DNA from: Selaginella moellendorffii
Lineage: Eukaryota > Plantae > Lycopodiophyta
DNA: 64,000 nucleotides
Assembly (NCBI RefSeq): GCF_000143415.4
Contig: NW_003314309.1
Location: 489,459 to 553,458 of the forward strand
Direction of reading: 5' to 3'
The position numbers and the translations under genes were made by a program. Every line of letters starts with the position of its first letter. The first letter of the stretch is position 1. Shown piece after piece: positions 37,601-48,599 of this stretch. The notes beneath the pieces are model-generated. The model made no database searches, was not told where the DNA came from, and saw nothing but the letters and a program-made list of their open reading frames with translations.

Positions 37601-40280
37601 CCAAAGATGAAAACAAAAATAACTCTTTAACCTATATAAATAACATGATGTAACCTCTTAAATTTAGATTTCTTGAAAGGTAACTTAAGTATTATTTAAA
37701 ATCCAGAACACTTAACCCTAAGACCCTTAATAGATTGAAAAATAAAGTGCAAGTCTTTTTCCTTTACATTTGAATCATAAACTGTCTTAAAGAAAACCTA
37801 AAATTCTAGAGTAATAAAGCAATATGGACTCTAGTTATTGCCACTTAAAATACACTTTCAAAGAAAGAAAGTGTCCAAACCTATATAAGATAAAATCACT
37901 ATACACTTTCGAATCATGTTGTCTTGTTCGCTTTGTAAATTAGAGAAGCAATAAACGAGAGAAATAAACCAAAAGTAATTTTTTTTTGGTATAAAACACC
38001 ATATATTTCTTTAATAGCCTTCTCCATCACCTATATCATTACTATAACTATTGATTGTGGAGCATCTTAATCCCTTCCACTCACCTAAGGGGAGGAGTTT
38101 TGTTATAGTGGCATTAGTTTTGCTCCCCTTCCTTACTCCACATTCAGTGCTAGTGCTAGAAATTTTAACATGGTTCATATTAGCAATAAGTAAGAATATT
38201 AACATTAAACCTTGATTACAAATAAATTAGAAGCACTAGATTGAGAAATATACTATAAAATATACCTGAATATTCTAGATATATTCCTCTTCTTTTATAT
38301 GTTTTCTAAAGTAAACAAAAAAGATGGAAGAATGTTCTTTTTCAAGGATGTATCTAATTTGTAAACTCTTTTATTTTTATTACCATCTTCAATTGGATTA
38401 CAAACTTTTACTAACTTTTGATAACTTTCTGACTCAATTATTATTTTGGGTAAAGACATAATATTTTTGACTTAAATCTGATGATTGAACTAGCTAAATT
38501 ATTTACTTGAGATGTTTTATTTTTACATACTTAACTATGATAGCTACTTAACTACTGTCAATGTGCTTTGAGGATACTAGTTTCAAAGTACATATTTGAT
38601 CTAAATTACAACCATAGAGCAATGTCACTAAATTCACTTTTCCATGATCATCCCATGTGAATAGAGAGTTCATCACAATACCATTCAAAAATAGCAAATT
38701 AATTATAATTAAGCTCAAAATTATTTTAAGTAAGCACTCCACTAGGAACTCTCAACTTGCAAGGATCTTACAAAGGAAAAATAAAGTAAATTTATAATGC
38801 GATATTTTTGTTTTTTGCTACTAAAATAACATTTCCCAGATGGTAAATCTTACAAAACAATGGGAGAAAATTGCCATTGAAAAGTAGAAAAAAGGCATAA
38901 AATTTTAAAGCATACTTTACTAATGGCAAAGGGGGAGATATTTTAGGATAATGGATAATCTATGTAAAAGTTTACAAAATACTAGGTAGAGGATCTTTAT
39001 TTTTAAATCTTTTGGTCTCATGCCTGTAAGACTATGTGTATATGAATAAATTAATGAATAACATTGCCACCTCCCTTAAATTCATATTACATGATAGATG
39101 TCTAGACACACTTTCAAACAATGAAAAAGCTTCAAAACTATATAGATACACAACTAGATAAAAACATCTTAAATATTAATGGATAAAAAATCAAGGGCCC
39201 TGTAACTTCTTCATGAACAAGTTGGGACAAGTACATTTAGGTTTTTGGCCAAATCCCAAGATAGTGAGATTAGGTGTTTTATATATTATATTTGTGTGTA
39301 CATGGTAATGAGAGCAATGTTATATATTATTGATAAATTGCAAACCAAGGCACCCGCCTGCATGTGGGGTGCAGGGCGGGGCAGGCCTATTTGGTATAGT
39401 ACTAAATCAATGTATTTTACAACTAGAATTTAAATGGTTGAAGGCAATGCTCTTCTAAATTTATGATACTTTATTTTATAAAATTAATTTCAGAATAAAA
39501 GCTTGGTATTCATTTATATTGTAATTATGATTTACCATATATTTAAACTGAGTGTTCCTCCAGCCAGATAATCCTGGTTGTGAAGGGCTCTGACACCACA
39601 GGATCTGCCACACGTGATCTTTCTCTGTCTCAATATCAAACCCCTTGCACTTGCAACCGTGATCCCAAATCCTGCACGATCCACTACCTAGCAGCTAGAG
39701 CCCATGGAGTGATTCTTCCAGCCGATTCGGGTAATCATCTTTTCGGCTGTCCAAGAATCCTTTGAAGTGCGCTAAGTGACGTGGCACACATGATCCCACG
39801 TCACTTCAGAGGGGTGCCACCTAAGCGCTAACATGCTGAAACAGAACACCATAATTTCTCTCAAATCCCCACAATAGCATATTGTAGCACTGACTGTGAT
39901 TTGGATTTTAATTCGATCAATCCACGGGCATAATTGACAATATAAGAGTGAAAAGATTTAAAGGGCACTTATTATTAGTTCACACATTGAACCTGCCAAC
40001 AGGGCATTTTAAAAATTTCCCTTTCCCTTTGTTTTTAAAACGTAGTTTTAGCGCCATTAAGTTGAGAGGGGCATGCCAGATAGATCCCGGAATCGCAAGC
40101 CCCAATTTGGTGCTGTGTCCATCTCGTCGTCCACATAATCCTTTATTTAATTCTTTTTTAATTTATTATAATATCGCCGCAATTTTTAGGCAGATTAGGG
40201 ATATTTGAGGGTAATTGCGTGGTACATTCACCAGAAATTTCTCAAAGCTGTATAGACACATTTTGTAAAGAGCCACGCTC

Positions 40281-40961
40281 TCAAATCTGTGCGTCCGCAG
40301 CATCGGCAACGAATGGCAGCCTCGGAGTTCTTCCCAACACGCACGAAATCACTCCATACGCGAAGCAAGCGACCAAGAACAAGAACACGGTGTTGTAGAA
40401 GGAGACGAGGAGGCTGTAGCCCAATCCTCTGGCGGGGCCAAATGTCCGCTCCACCAGATTCGGGACAATCGTGAGAACGTCCAGCACCACCGCTTGCATC
40501 GCGTTGAATCTCACGTAGCGGCTGAAGCTCTGGTTCCTCACCACTGTCAGGTAGAGCACGAAGAAGGCCACAAAGCTCGCGTAGGGGAAGCTCTTGTAAG
40601 CCCGCAGCAGTGGAAACAGAGGCTCCAATGCCTGCTCCAACACGGGGAATTGCATGAAGAGGTAGCGCCCGTATTGGATCCCATCGAAGAGCGGCAGCAA
40701 GTAGCTCACGGCGGCGACGAGCCTGTCCACTGCGTCCACTGAGCCGCCGCCTCTCGCCTCCACCACTGTCAAGCTCCTCCTGGATCTAGGGTGTGGAATC
40801 CCGGGCCGCAGAGAAATCCTTCCCGGCAAGAAGGATGATAGCACTGCTGATCTGCTGCTGCTATGCCTAATGCTAGAACTAAGGGGCGTGGATTGGATGT
40901 CCCTAGCGATTCCTAGCGGCGGAGAATACCTGGGCAGCGATACTGCCATCGCCATCGCCAT
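40281..40961 (-). CDS. TIC20: Chloroplast inner-envelope translocon protein TIC20, group 2 (TIC20-II/V type), intronless
   Basis: Ser/Arg-rich transit peptide; DRLVAAVSYLLPLFDGIQYG; VVRNQSFSRYVRFNAMQAVVLD; G.TPRLPFVADAAD.Q. Confidence 0.93.
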   Translation of the reverse strand: MAMAMAVSLPRYSPPLGIARDIQSTPLSSSIRHSSSRSAVLSSFLPGRISLRPGIPHPRSRRSLTVVEARGGGSVDAVDRLVAAVSYLLPLFDGIQYGRYLFMQFPVLEQALEPLFPLLRAYKSFPYASFVAFFVLYLTVVRNQSFSRYVRFNAMQAVVLDVLTIVPNLVERTFGPARGLGYSLLVSFYNTVFLFLVACFAYGVISCVLGRTPRLPFVADAADAQI

Positions 40962-41202
40962 TTTAGGGCAGAAGAGTGCTCCTAGGAATGGAACAGTGCA
41001 CCTTCGCTTTCTAAAAAGGTAAGCTTTGCAAACGATAAAGTTAGGTTACTCTAAACAAAGCTAATAAAATAGAACCTAGGAATATGCCTTTTTTATTTGA
41101 CAACAGGATTCGATCCCGAGCCCGGTTACAAGGGTATAAAGTGTGGCGAGCGGGGATTTTAGGCTATTCGAAATGCGGTGTCCCAAGTGGGCGAGGAAGG
41201 AA

Positions 41203-43353
41203 ATGAGCGCCTCCGAGAAGCTCCAATCCCTCGGCTACGTTGTCAACAAGGATCTCAAGCTTGAAGACGCTCGATCAGGTGATCTTCGCTCCCATCCCGT
41301 GAGATTCCTGCGCGCGATCGATGTTATTGTGTTTGCTTTCTCGGATCGCTTCTCTTTCTTGCGAGCGCGATCGATATTTCGTGCCGGCAATCGTTCTTTC
41401 TTGATGATCTGTGTGCGCGATTGATAATCTAGTGACTCTTCCGCCGTGGATCTTTCTGTGCCGGATTTGAGAGCGCGATCGATATTTCGATTCGTGCCGG
41501 CAATCGTTCTTTCTTGGTGATCTGTGTGCGCAACTGATAACCTCGACTCTTCCGCCATGGATCTTCTTTCTTTCTTGCATCGAGCTTGCATTGCATGCGC
41601 GCCGGGGCATTTCCTGATGTCTTGAGCCTGCATTTCAAGCCTTCTCTTGACGGTTTTCTTCTTACGCAGGCGAACCTTACAGCTTTGTGAAGGTGAACGC
41701 ACCGGTTCGAGAGAAGTGTCGATGAATCTTTATTTTTTCAGGAAAGTTACGATGAGGTCGCAGACGCAGTCGCGGAGGTGATCCACGAGAAGATGCAAGG
41801 GGTTTGTTTGCTCTAATGCTTATTGCTATCACTAACATGTTTTTCCTTCTATAGGCTCCATACCACATGGAAAAGGTGAATCTACCTTCGCAATCGATCC
41901 TGAAGAAAGAGGTCAGCTTCCATCCCTGGATTTCCATGTTATCTATGTTTACTTTCAGGTGCGAGCCCCGGTTTACCTGTCACCAAATGCCTATGAAGCT
42001 ACAACGCTGCTCGTCCTTCTGTGTGGCTCTGGAAGTGTCTCGTAAGTGATTCTCTTATATTCACTCTTTCTAAAGCTGTTAATAATCGTCTACAGTGCGG
42101 GACAATGGTCAAGAAGACTCTGTATCAACGTACTTTCCTCTTGCTAACTAGCCTAGAACTTTTGTCGAGCCTGCTAATGCTATTTACTTCTGCAGGATTC
42201 CTTTCGCTCTGGAAGCGTCTTGCCTTTTCTCGGTAAACTGTGTAACTTCGTTTCGAGGTCTTAAGCATTGATATATATGCAGATTGGGCACACACTCAGA
42301 ACATGGCCGTGCTCGTTCTCAATCCAAACACCTATCGCCAGAAGGTAGAGCGCAGCAAACGCAAATCAAAGGGCAAGAGGAAGGTACATTTCTCGCAACT
42401 CTTGGTATTGCATCCAGGTCGATTGTTTCGTAGGTTCCGGCGCATCCGGATGCGCATGTCAGGCATGCATGGGACTTCATTCGCACGAAAATGTCAAACA
42501 TACAGAAGATTGCCATGGTTGCTCACTCTTACGGTGGCGTACAGACATGCCTTCTCTTGGAATACGGAGGTAGCCCGCTGGCTCATTAGAAAGATTTGCT
42601 ATCTATTCGCTGCTATCTTACAGGACAAGGCCTGCTGCAGCGATTACAATGTGTCGCGTTTACTGATTCCGTTCATTCGTCAGATCACATCGAGGTGCGT
42701 ATTTCCTTAATCCAGGATGTGATTGTGATCCAAAATGCTTGTACACGCAGAGCCTCCCGGTTCACGCACAGCACTTCCTCACACACAAGTGCATCAACTG
42801 GGCAACAAGCTCGAAAAACCTGAACACTCCTCTGGAAAGTCCGTTTCCTCCGATATCCCACTTCAAACCAGAAAAAGCCGCACAGAGTCTTTTGGTGAAG
42901 AAGGGAGGAGGCAGCTCGGCAGCGGGACCTGAGGAAGAAGCTGCACCACCTACTTGGTTTGCTGCTATGGGAGAAGGTGAAATCGTCGAAGTGAGTCGTG
43001 GCGGCAAAACACAGCTCTTCGAGGTCTGGCACGACAATACTGCCAAGAACAACGAAGCCATCGTTGACAAGGAAGAACAGGACAGATCCAGGAAAGGGAA
43101 AGCGATTATGGTGGAATCTCCCTCTTCTGACCACGACGAAGAAGTTGACGAGCTGCCCCCAATGAAACCGCAGCCGCCCATGGAACAGCAACCATCCACC
43201 AACGAAAGCTATCGATGCTTCGTACTGTCAGCTGGGACAACGGTGCACGAGCGGACGACGATGTCAGCCTTCAGGCCCATCTGCGAGTTCATCGAATACG
43301 TCATGAAGCGACTCGAGCACTGCAGCACATACGACACAATCGTGCCGGTTTGA
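41203..43353 (+). CDS. FAM172A/ARB2A-like (Arb2-domain alpha/beta-hydrolase fold) protein, multi-exon
   Basis: Spliced exons give LLVLLCGSGSVS|AGQWSRRLCIN, SGSVLPF, VLVLNPN, H..HAWD, VAHSYGG, VAFTDSVH, NW.TSS..L.T and LSAGT..HE.T, matching the FAM172A motif order. An alternative last exon could end at 43440. Confidence 0.85.
41363..41567 (+). repeat. About 108-bp tandem duplication in intron 1 of the FAM172A-like gene
   Basis: GAGCGCGATCGATATTTCG..TGCCGGCAATCGTTCTTTCTTG..GACTCTTCCGCC.TGGATCTT occurs at 41363 and 41471. Confidence 0.8.
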
Positions 43354-43703
43354 AAGGTCCGTTTTCGAATGGAAATGCCTGTGTTTTGAAGTGCCGGCCT
43401 GCAGGTTTCATCCAGCTCGTCCCTGGAACGTAAGAGTTAGGAAACTCGTCATGCAGAACACGCATCAAATACTCTCTATACTGAATCTCTCCAGGAAGCG
43501 GTAAATTTCATTGACGGTTCCATTTGATCTGAAGAGCACAACAATCCTTTTTCTTGTATGCAGATAATAAAAAACTTACCGTAGGTAATGATCATTGGAT
43601 GTACCTAGCAACGATCTCTGACTCGTAGGAAGCCACACTGTCATTTTCTCATGTTAGTTCCGGATCCATCGAAAAGGTAAATACGAAAACTTACGCAGCA
43701 TTT

Positions 43704-46057
43704 TCAGTTCTTCTTTTTGCCACCTCGTTCCCTGAGGAGTAAGGTAAGGCTCTCGCCAGGTGCAATGTTGTAGAAGGCAAGAGACTGCGTATCTCGCAAG
43801 AACCCAATGCGTCCGCTCAGCTTCTGCTTGTTGGCCGGTAGACCGATCTCTGCAGCAATCTTCTCCTTGAGGCTAGCAATCGTCTCCGACACCGACGGCA
43901 TTGTCAGTTGCAGCACCTGGCCCTTGAGACTGCCTTCACCTTCGACTGTAGGTACAGCCACCGAGACAGGAATTGGTCCCTGGCAGGAAAACAAGAGTTA
44001 GACAGGAAGGAAGAAGCAGAGAGTAAACGCACCGGGTACTGGAAGGCAAACTGGTGCTCTGGGATGAGAAGCGAATCTTCCAGCCTCAGTCTCTTGGGCT
44101 CGGGCTCCTCCGGAGGTGGCGGCATCAACATGTCATCGTCGGGTAGCGGAGGCATCGCTTGATAAGCTGGTGGAGGCGGCTGCATTTGCATAAGTGGTGG
44201 TGGAGGCATCCCAGGAACAAACTGATAGTGAGGCATTGCCATCGTCGGTAGCGTCATGGGTCTGTTTCCAAGCTGAGGGACCGCAGGCATGGGAGTTGGA
44301 AAGAGAGGCTGCCTCGGAGGAACAGGAGGAGCCTGGATAGTCGCCTGTACCCGAGGGATGTTAACAGCAAGTCCAGCAGGTGGTGGAAGTGGCTTCAAAG
44401 GTGGCGTTGGTTTGGCCGCTCCGGTAGCTGCGTCCCACTCCTCAGCGTTTTGAGCAAGCGCCTGGTTGGCTGTCCTGCTGATGCTCCCACTGTGGCCGTC
44501 CCAGATCACCTGCTTCGGCTCCTCCTTCTTCTTCTCGATCTCGGCCTTGACGGCATTGGAGACTTCCTCCTCGGTGGTGCCGAAGATGTCGGGCCTCAGC
44601 CGAGCCAGCCCCATGAGGTTCCGCGAGATCTCGTCGTCGGTAGCGAGCGTGCTCTCCCGCAGCTTGGCCATCATCCGCTCCTTCTGCTCCTTGAACTTGG
44701 GGTCGATGAGCGAGATCCGCATGTGTTCCGCCATCTCGCTGATGGGGATCACCTCCGAAGTTATGGGAGAGATGACCATCCTGGTGGGGTCCTTCTCGGT
44801 CGCCATCCTCTCCTCCGGCCTCTTCCAGTTCCTCACGATCCTCATCGGCGGCTCGTCCTCGTCCACCGGGACAATCACCTGGACAACCTCCTTGGCGTTG
44901 GCGGCCTCCTGCTGCCGGGCGGCGGCCTTGCGACTTTCCTCCACCAGGTGCATCTCCTCCTCGTCCATCTCCATCTCCACCTCCTTGACCGCCCCCGCCC
45001 CCGTCTCCGCCGCCACCTCCTCGTCCGTCAGCGCCTTGCTCCTGCGGATCACCTCCTCCTGCGTCACCGGCGCCGGCAACGCGTCGTCCTCCTCCTCCAC
45101 GAAGTGGATCGTCTCCACCACCACGAAGTCGTGCCAGTCGATGCTGCTCATCATCATCCGCTCCTGCTCCTCCTCGTCCTCGGCCTTCTGCCGCGCCTTC
45201 TCCTGCGATCTCTCCCACTCGAGCCGGTGGAGGCAGCGCTCCAGGATGGACATCTTGTCCGACAGGTCGCGCTTGAGCTTGTCCAGGAGGCCCTTGGGCG
45301 GCAGCAGCACCTTGGAGTAGGAGTCCGTGAGGCCCGTGAAGGTGGTGAAGAGGCTGTGCTGCGGCTTGAGGAAGCTGAACTGGACGCTGTTGTGCTCCCG
45401 GCTCGTCAGCCCGGTAAGAAACGCCTTGCCATTCCTTGCCACGAACTGAGCCGTGAGTTTGATGATGTCCAGGTCCTGGCCCGTCAGCCCCTCGGGGAGC
45501 TTGAGGAGGAACTGCTCGGCCTCCGGCGGCTCCACCACCTTGGACGGCTGTATGAACTGCGAGATATCGAACTTCTGGGCCGCGGCGGTGGCGGTGGCGG
45601 TGGCGGCGGCGGCGGCAGTGGCGGAGAGCGGTGGCTTGGATGGATCGGTGGCGGAAGAGGGCGGCGGCGGCGGAGGGGGGCCGTTGCCGCTCTTCTCCTC
45701 CGAGATCCGGTGCTGGTAGTAGGCGTGGTATGGGTCGGAGGAGTTGAGGAAGTTGAACTTGACGTTCTTCTGCTCGTTGGTCATGATCTTGCGCTCGAAA
45801 TCCACGCCATTCTTGGCGACGAAGTGGGCGGTCTTGTCGATGATGCTCCTGATGTCTGGGGGGGGATGGATCATACCTATGTTGCGGGTCTGCGAGGCCA
45901 CTGTGGCGGGCTTGGCGCCGGTGATAACATCCGCCGCCGCCGCCGCATCCTCCATCTCCGTGTCCTCCGCCTTGACGAGCTGCGCGGGCGGGAGGGGGCC
46001 ATCGATGTCGCCGGGCTTGGGCGCCGGAAGGGCGAGCACTTCGCCAATCCCCGGCAT
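43704..46057 (-). CDS. SF3A1: Splicing factor 3A subunit 1 (SF3a120/PRP21)
   Basis: Two SURP domains (IIDKTAHFVAKNG, IIKLTAQFVARNG), IDWHDFVVVETI, M.EHMRISLIDP, Pro-rich region. Intron at about 43980-44031, then a ubiquitin-like domain ending LRERGGKKKN*. Confidence 0.95.
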
Positions 46058-46282
46058 ACCTGCTTGGAAGAACCCTAATCTGGGGCTTCGAGTGTTTAAA
46101 ATGGTTAACGCTAAACGAAAGGAGTTTATAGGAGACGTTAAGAACTAAGACGTGTCGGCTTAGACGGTTAGAGCATAAGGCTGGCAAGGACGAGGTCGCG
46201 TATTCGAAACCTTGCATGCGTCGGAAATCGACATGATTTTCCAGCGTACTCGTACCCACTCTTCAGAAGAAAGTTTGGGGAT

Positions 46283-47743
46283 ATGACCAATCACTACGAC
46301 GAGGAGCACTCTACAGTGCCCCTTTTGCAGCATGGGAAACAAGTAAGCCTAGATTTCTATGGAAATCGCGCGCTGCCTTTGCGAACAGGGGGTTCTCGCT
46401 CCACTTTCCCAGTGCTTCTTTTCAATTGCCTCGCAGTTCTCTCGCTCTATGGCGTCTCTTACAACTTGGTCCTGTTCATGGTCTCCAAGCTCGGCCTTTC
46501 CAACGCGGCCGCGTCGAGCCAAGTTAGCATCTGGACGGGCGTTCATGATTTCTCCCCGCTGCTCGTCGCGTACATCTCCGATTCCTACCTGGGGACATTC
46601 GTGACAACTCTGGCCGGTTCTTTCGTTTTCTTTGGCGGACTAGCTCTGCTCTCACTCGCGGTCCTGTTCCTCGAGCACCAGGACTCGCCAAGTCTCGCCG
46701 TAACTTGGCTCTTCTTCGTGGCGCTCTACGTGGTTGCTCTGTCCAAGGGATTCGTAGCGTCGCTGCTGGCATTTGGAGCCGGGCAATTCGATGAGGAGGA
46801 TCCGGTCGAGGCCGCGTCCAAGAGCTCCTACTTCAGCTGGTACTACTTTTGCTCCTCCATGGGTCTTCTCCTGGCGGTGCTGGGGGTGGTGTATATCGAA
46901 GATCGGATGGGATTTAGCACCGCTCTCTTCGTTTGCGGGGGTGCCATCCTCCTCGGGATTGCGGTCTTTTGCGGAGCTGCCAAGCTCTATAGATACGATT
47001 GCATCTTGACCGGAAACCCCTTTGCCAAGCTCTTGCACAAGGACTCCAGATCCAGCTTGGCGGGAATTCTCTGGGTGTGGCTGGGATCGGTGGTGTACGA
47101 GACCATGAAAGCTCAAACGTTCTCGCTCTTCGTCGAGCAGGCCGCGCTCATGGACACCAAAGTTGGCGGCTTTCGTATCCCGCCAGCTTCGCTCAACTCG
47201 TTTGATCCAATCAGCTTCCTGGTGTGGATGCTTGTCTATGATCGAGTCTTGGTCCCAGTGATGCGTCGAGCGACTGGGAATTCGCGGGGTTTCACGTTCT
47301 TCCAGAGGATGGGAGCTGGGCTTGTGGCGATGACCGCGGGCATGGCGTGCGCGGCTGTGCTGGAAACAGAGCGTCTCGCGAATTTCCATCGCCAGCGAGG
47401 GACCATCGTTTTGTGGCAAATCCCCCAGTTTGTGCTCATCGGCGGCTCCAAGGTGTTCTACTACGTGGGATTGGTGGAGTTTATCTATGAGCGAGCTCCC
47501 GAGAATCTGAGAACCCTGGGCGTGGGCATGGTGTTCTTCGCATCGTCAGTGGGGTGTTTTCTCTCGGGATTTCTCGTGAGCATCACGTCGAGAATCACTG
47601 GCGAGCGAGGATGGATCCCGCGGAACCTCAATGATGGGCATTTGGATTACTTCTTTTGGTTGCTTGCCGCTCTGGGCAGCGCAAACTGGCTCTTCTTCTT
47701 GGCCTATACAAACTTGAACGACTGGTCCAAAAGGAAACTATAG
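46283..47743 (+). CDS. NRT1/PTR (NPF) transporter, NPF7-like, intronless
   Basis: NLVLFM..L..SNAAA...VS.WTG; AYISDSYLG; AFGAGQFDEED; SYFSWYY; FVEQAALMD; IPPASL; QRMGAGL; WQIPQF; EFIY..APE; WIP.NLNDGHLDYFFWLLA. Confidence 0.9.
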   Translation: MTNHYDEEHSTVPLLQHGKQVSLDFYGNRALPLRTGGSRSTFPVLLFNCLAVLSLYGVSYNLVLFMVSKLGLSNAAASSQVSIWTGVHDFSPLLVAYISDSYLGTFVTTLAGSFVFFGGLALLSLAVLFLEHQDSPSLAVTWLFFVALYVVALSKGFVASLLAFGAGQFDEEDPVEAASKSSYFSWYYFCSSMGLLLAVLGVVYIEDRMGFSTALFVCGGAILLGIAVFCGAAKLYRYDCILTGNPFAKLLHKDSRSSLAGILWVWLGSVVYETMKAQTFSLFVEQAALMDTKVGGFRIPPASLNSFDPISFLVWMLVYDRVLVPVMRRATGNSRGFTFFQRMGAGLVAMTAGMACAAVLETERLANFHRQRGTIVLWQIPQFVLIGGSKVFYYVGLVEFIYERAPENLRTLGVGMVFFASSVGCFLSGFLVSITSRITGERGWIPRNLNDGHLDYFFWLLAALGSANWLFFLAYTNLNDWSKRKL

Positions 47744-48599
47744 AGACTCCTGGAATATCCAAATGCCAAAATAATAATATGCCTTGTGGCAAGATCCTCT
47801 TATATGTCAGTATTTGTGATGAATCAAACTTTTAATTTGTTATGTTTTTTGGACTTTGTGTGCCATGTTGGGATTCACTAGGCATTCATCATCATCAGGT
47901 AGAACAGGCAATGTTCGACTAGAAGAAAGAATATGGACATTGTGAGCAGTGATTGGGTTATTGCAAATAAGATGCATGCACATCAAACTTCTAAGAGTTC
48001 AAAGTTGATGTGTAAAGTAAAAGTGACTGTGGTCTATTTAAATTTATCAGGTGGTTAAAATGTTTACACTAGCAAGAGAGATGTGAGTGTGACATATAAA
48101 TTTATATGCAATCGAATGCAAATTTTGTAAGGCAGGTCCCACTATGATGCATTTCGCCAACTTTTGACCCTTCTAGTGATCTTGAGCATGAAGGATAAAC
48201 ATCCCTCTGGCCCTTGAAGGTCTTTATCTGGTGGCCTCTAGTTGTTGTTCTAGTTTTGAAAGCTAGAATTGCTACCTCTTTGCTAAGTGGTTAAGTGGTG
48301 GTAATGTGGGGTTTAAAGCATAATCCATGGCCATTCAAGTGTTCAAAGATCAATGTAACCAATTCCATTGTTAACTCAGACCTCATCTTGGAAGCACAGA
48401 ATGACATTGAAGGAGTCATACCACCCTCTTACTAGCAATATCCCTTTTCAAAGTGAAGATAGATAGATAGATATATGTTTTTATGGTCATTGTAGCACCT
48501 ATTTGAGCATGGACCAGTTTTGAAGAGCCATGCAAGCAGCTATGATCCTAAAGGAAGAACAAACCTCACATAAAGCAGGTAGTCTTTTATTGGATCTAG

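Noticed and set aside
44442-46259. Long alternative-frame and antisense ORFs (605, 542 and 284 aa) over SF3A1
   Set aside because: Shadow ORFs caused by very high GC3; low-complexity translations with no motifs.
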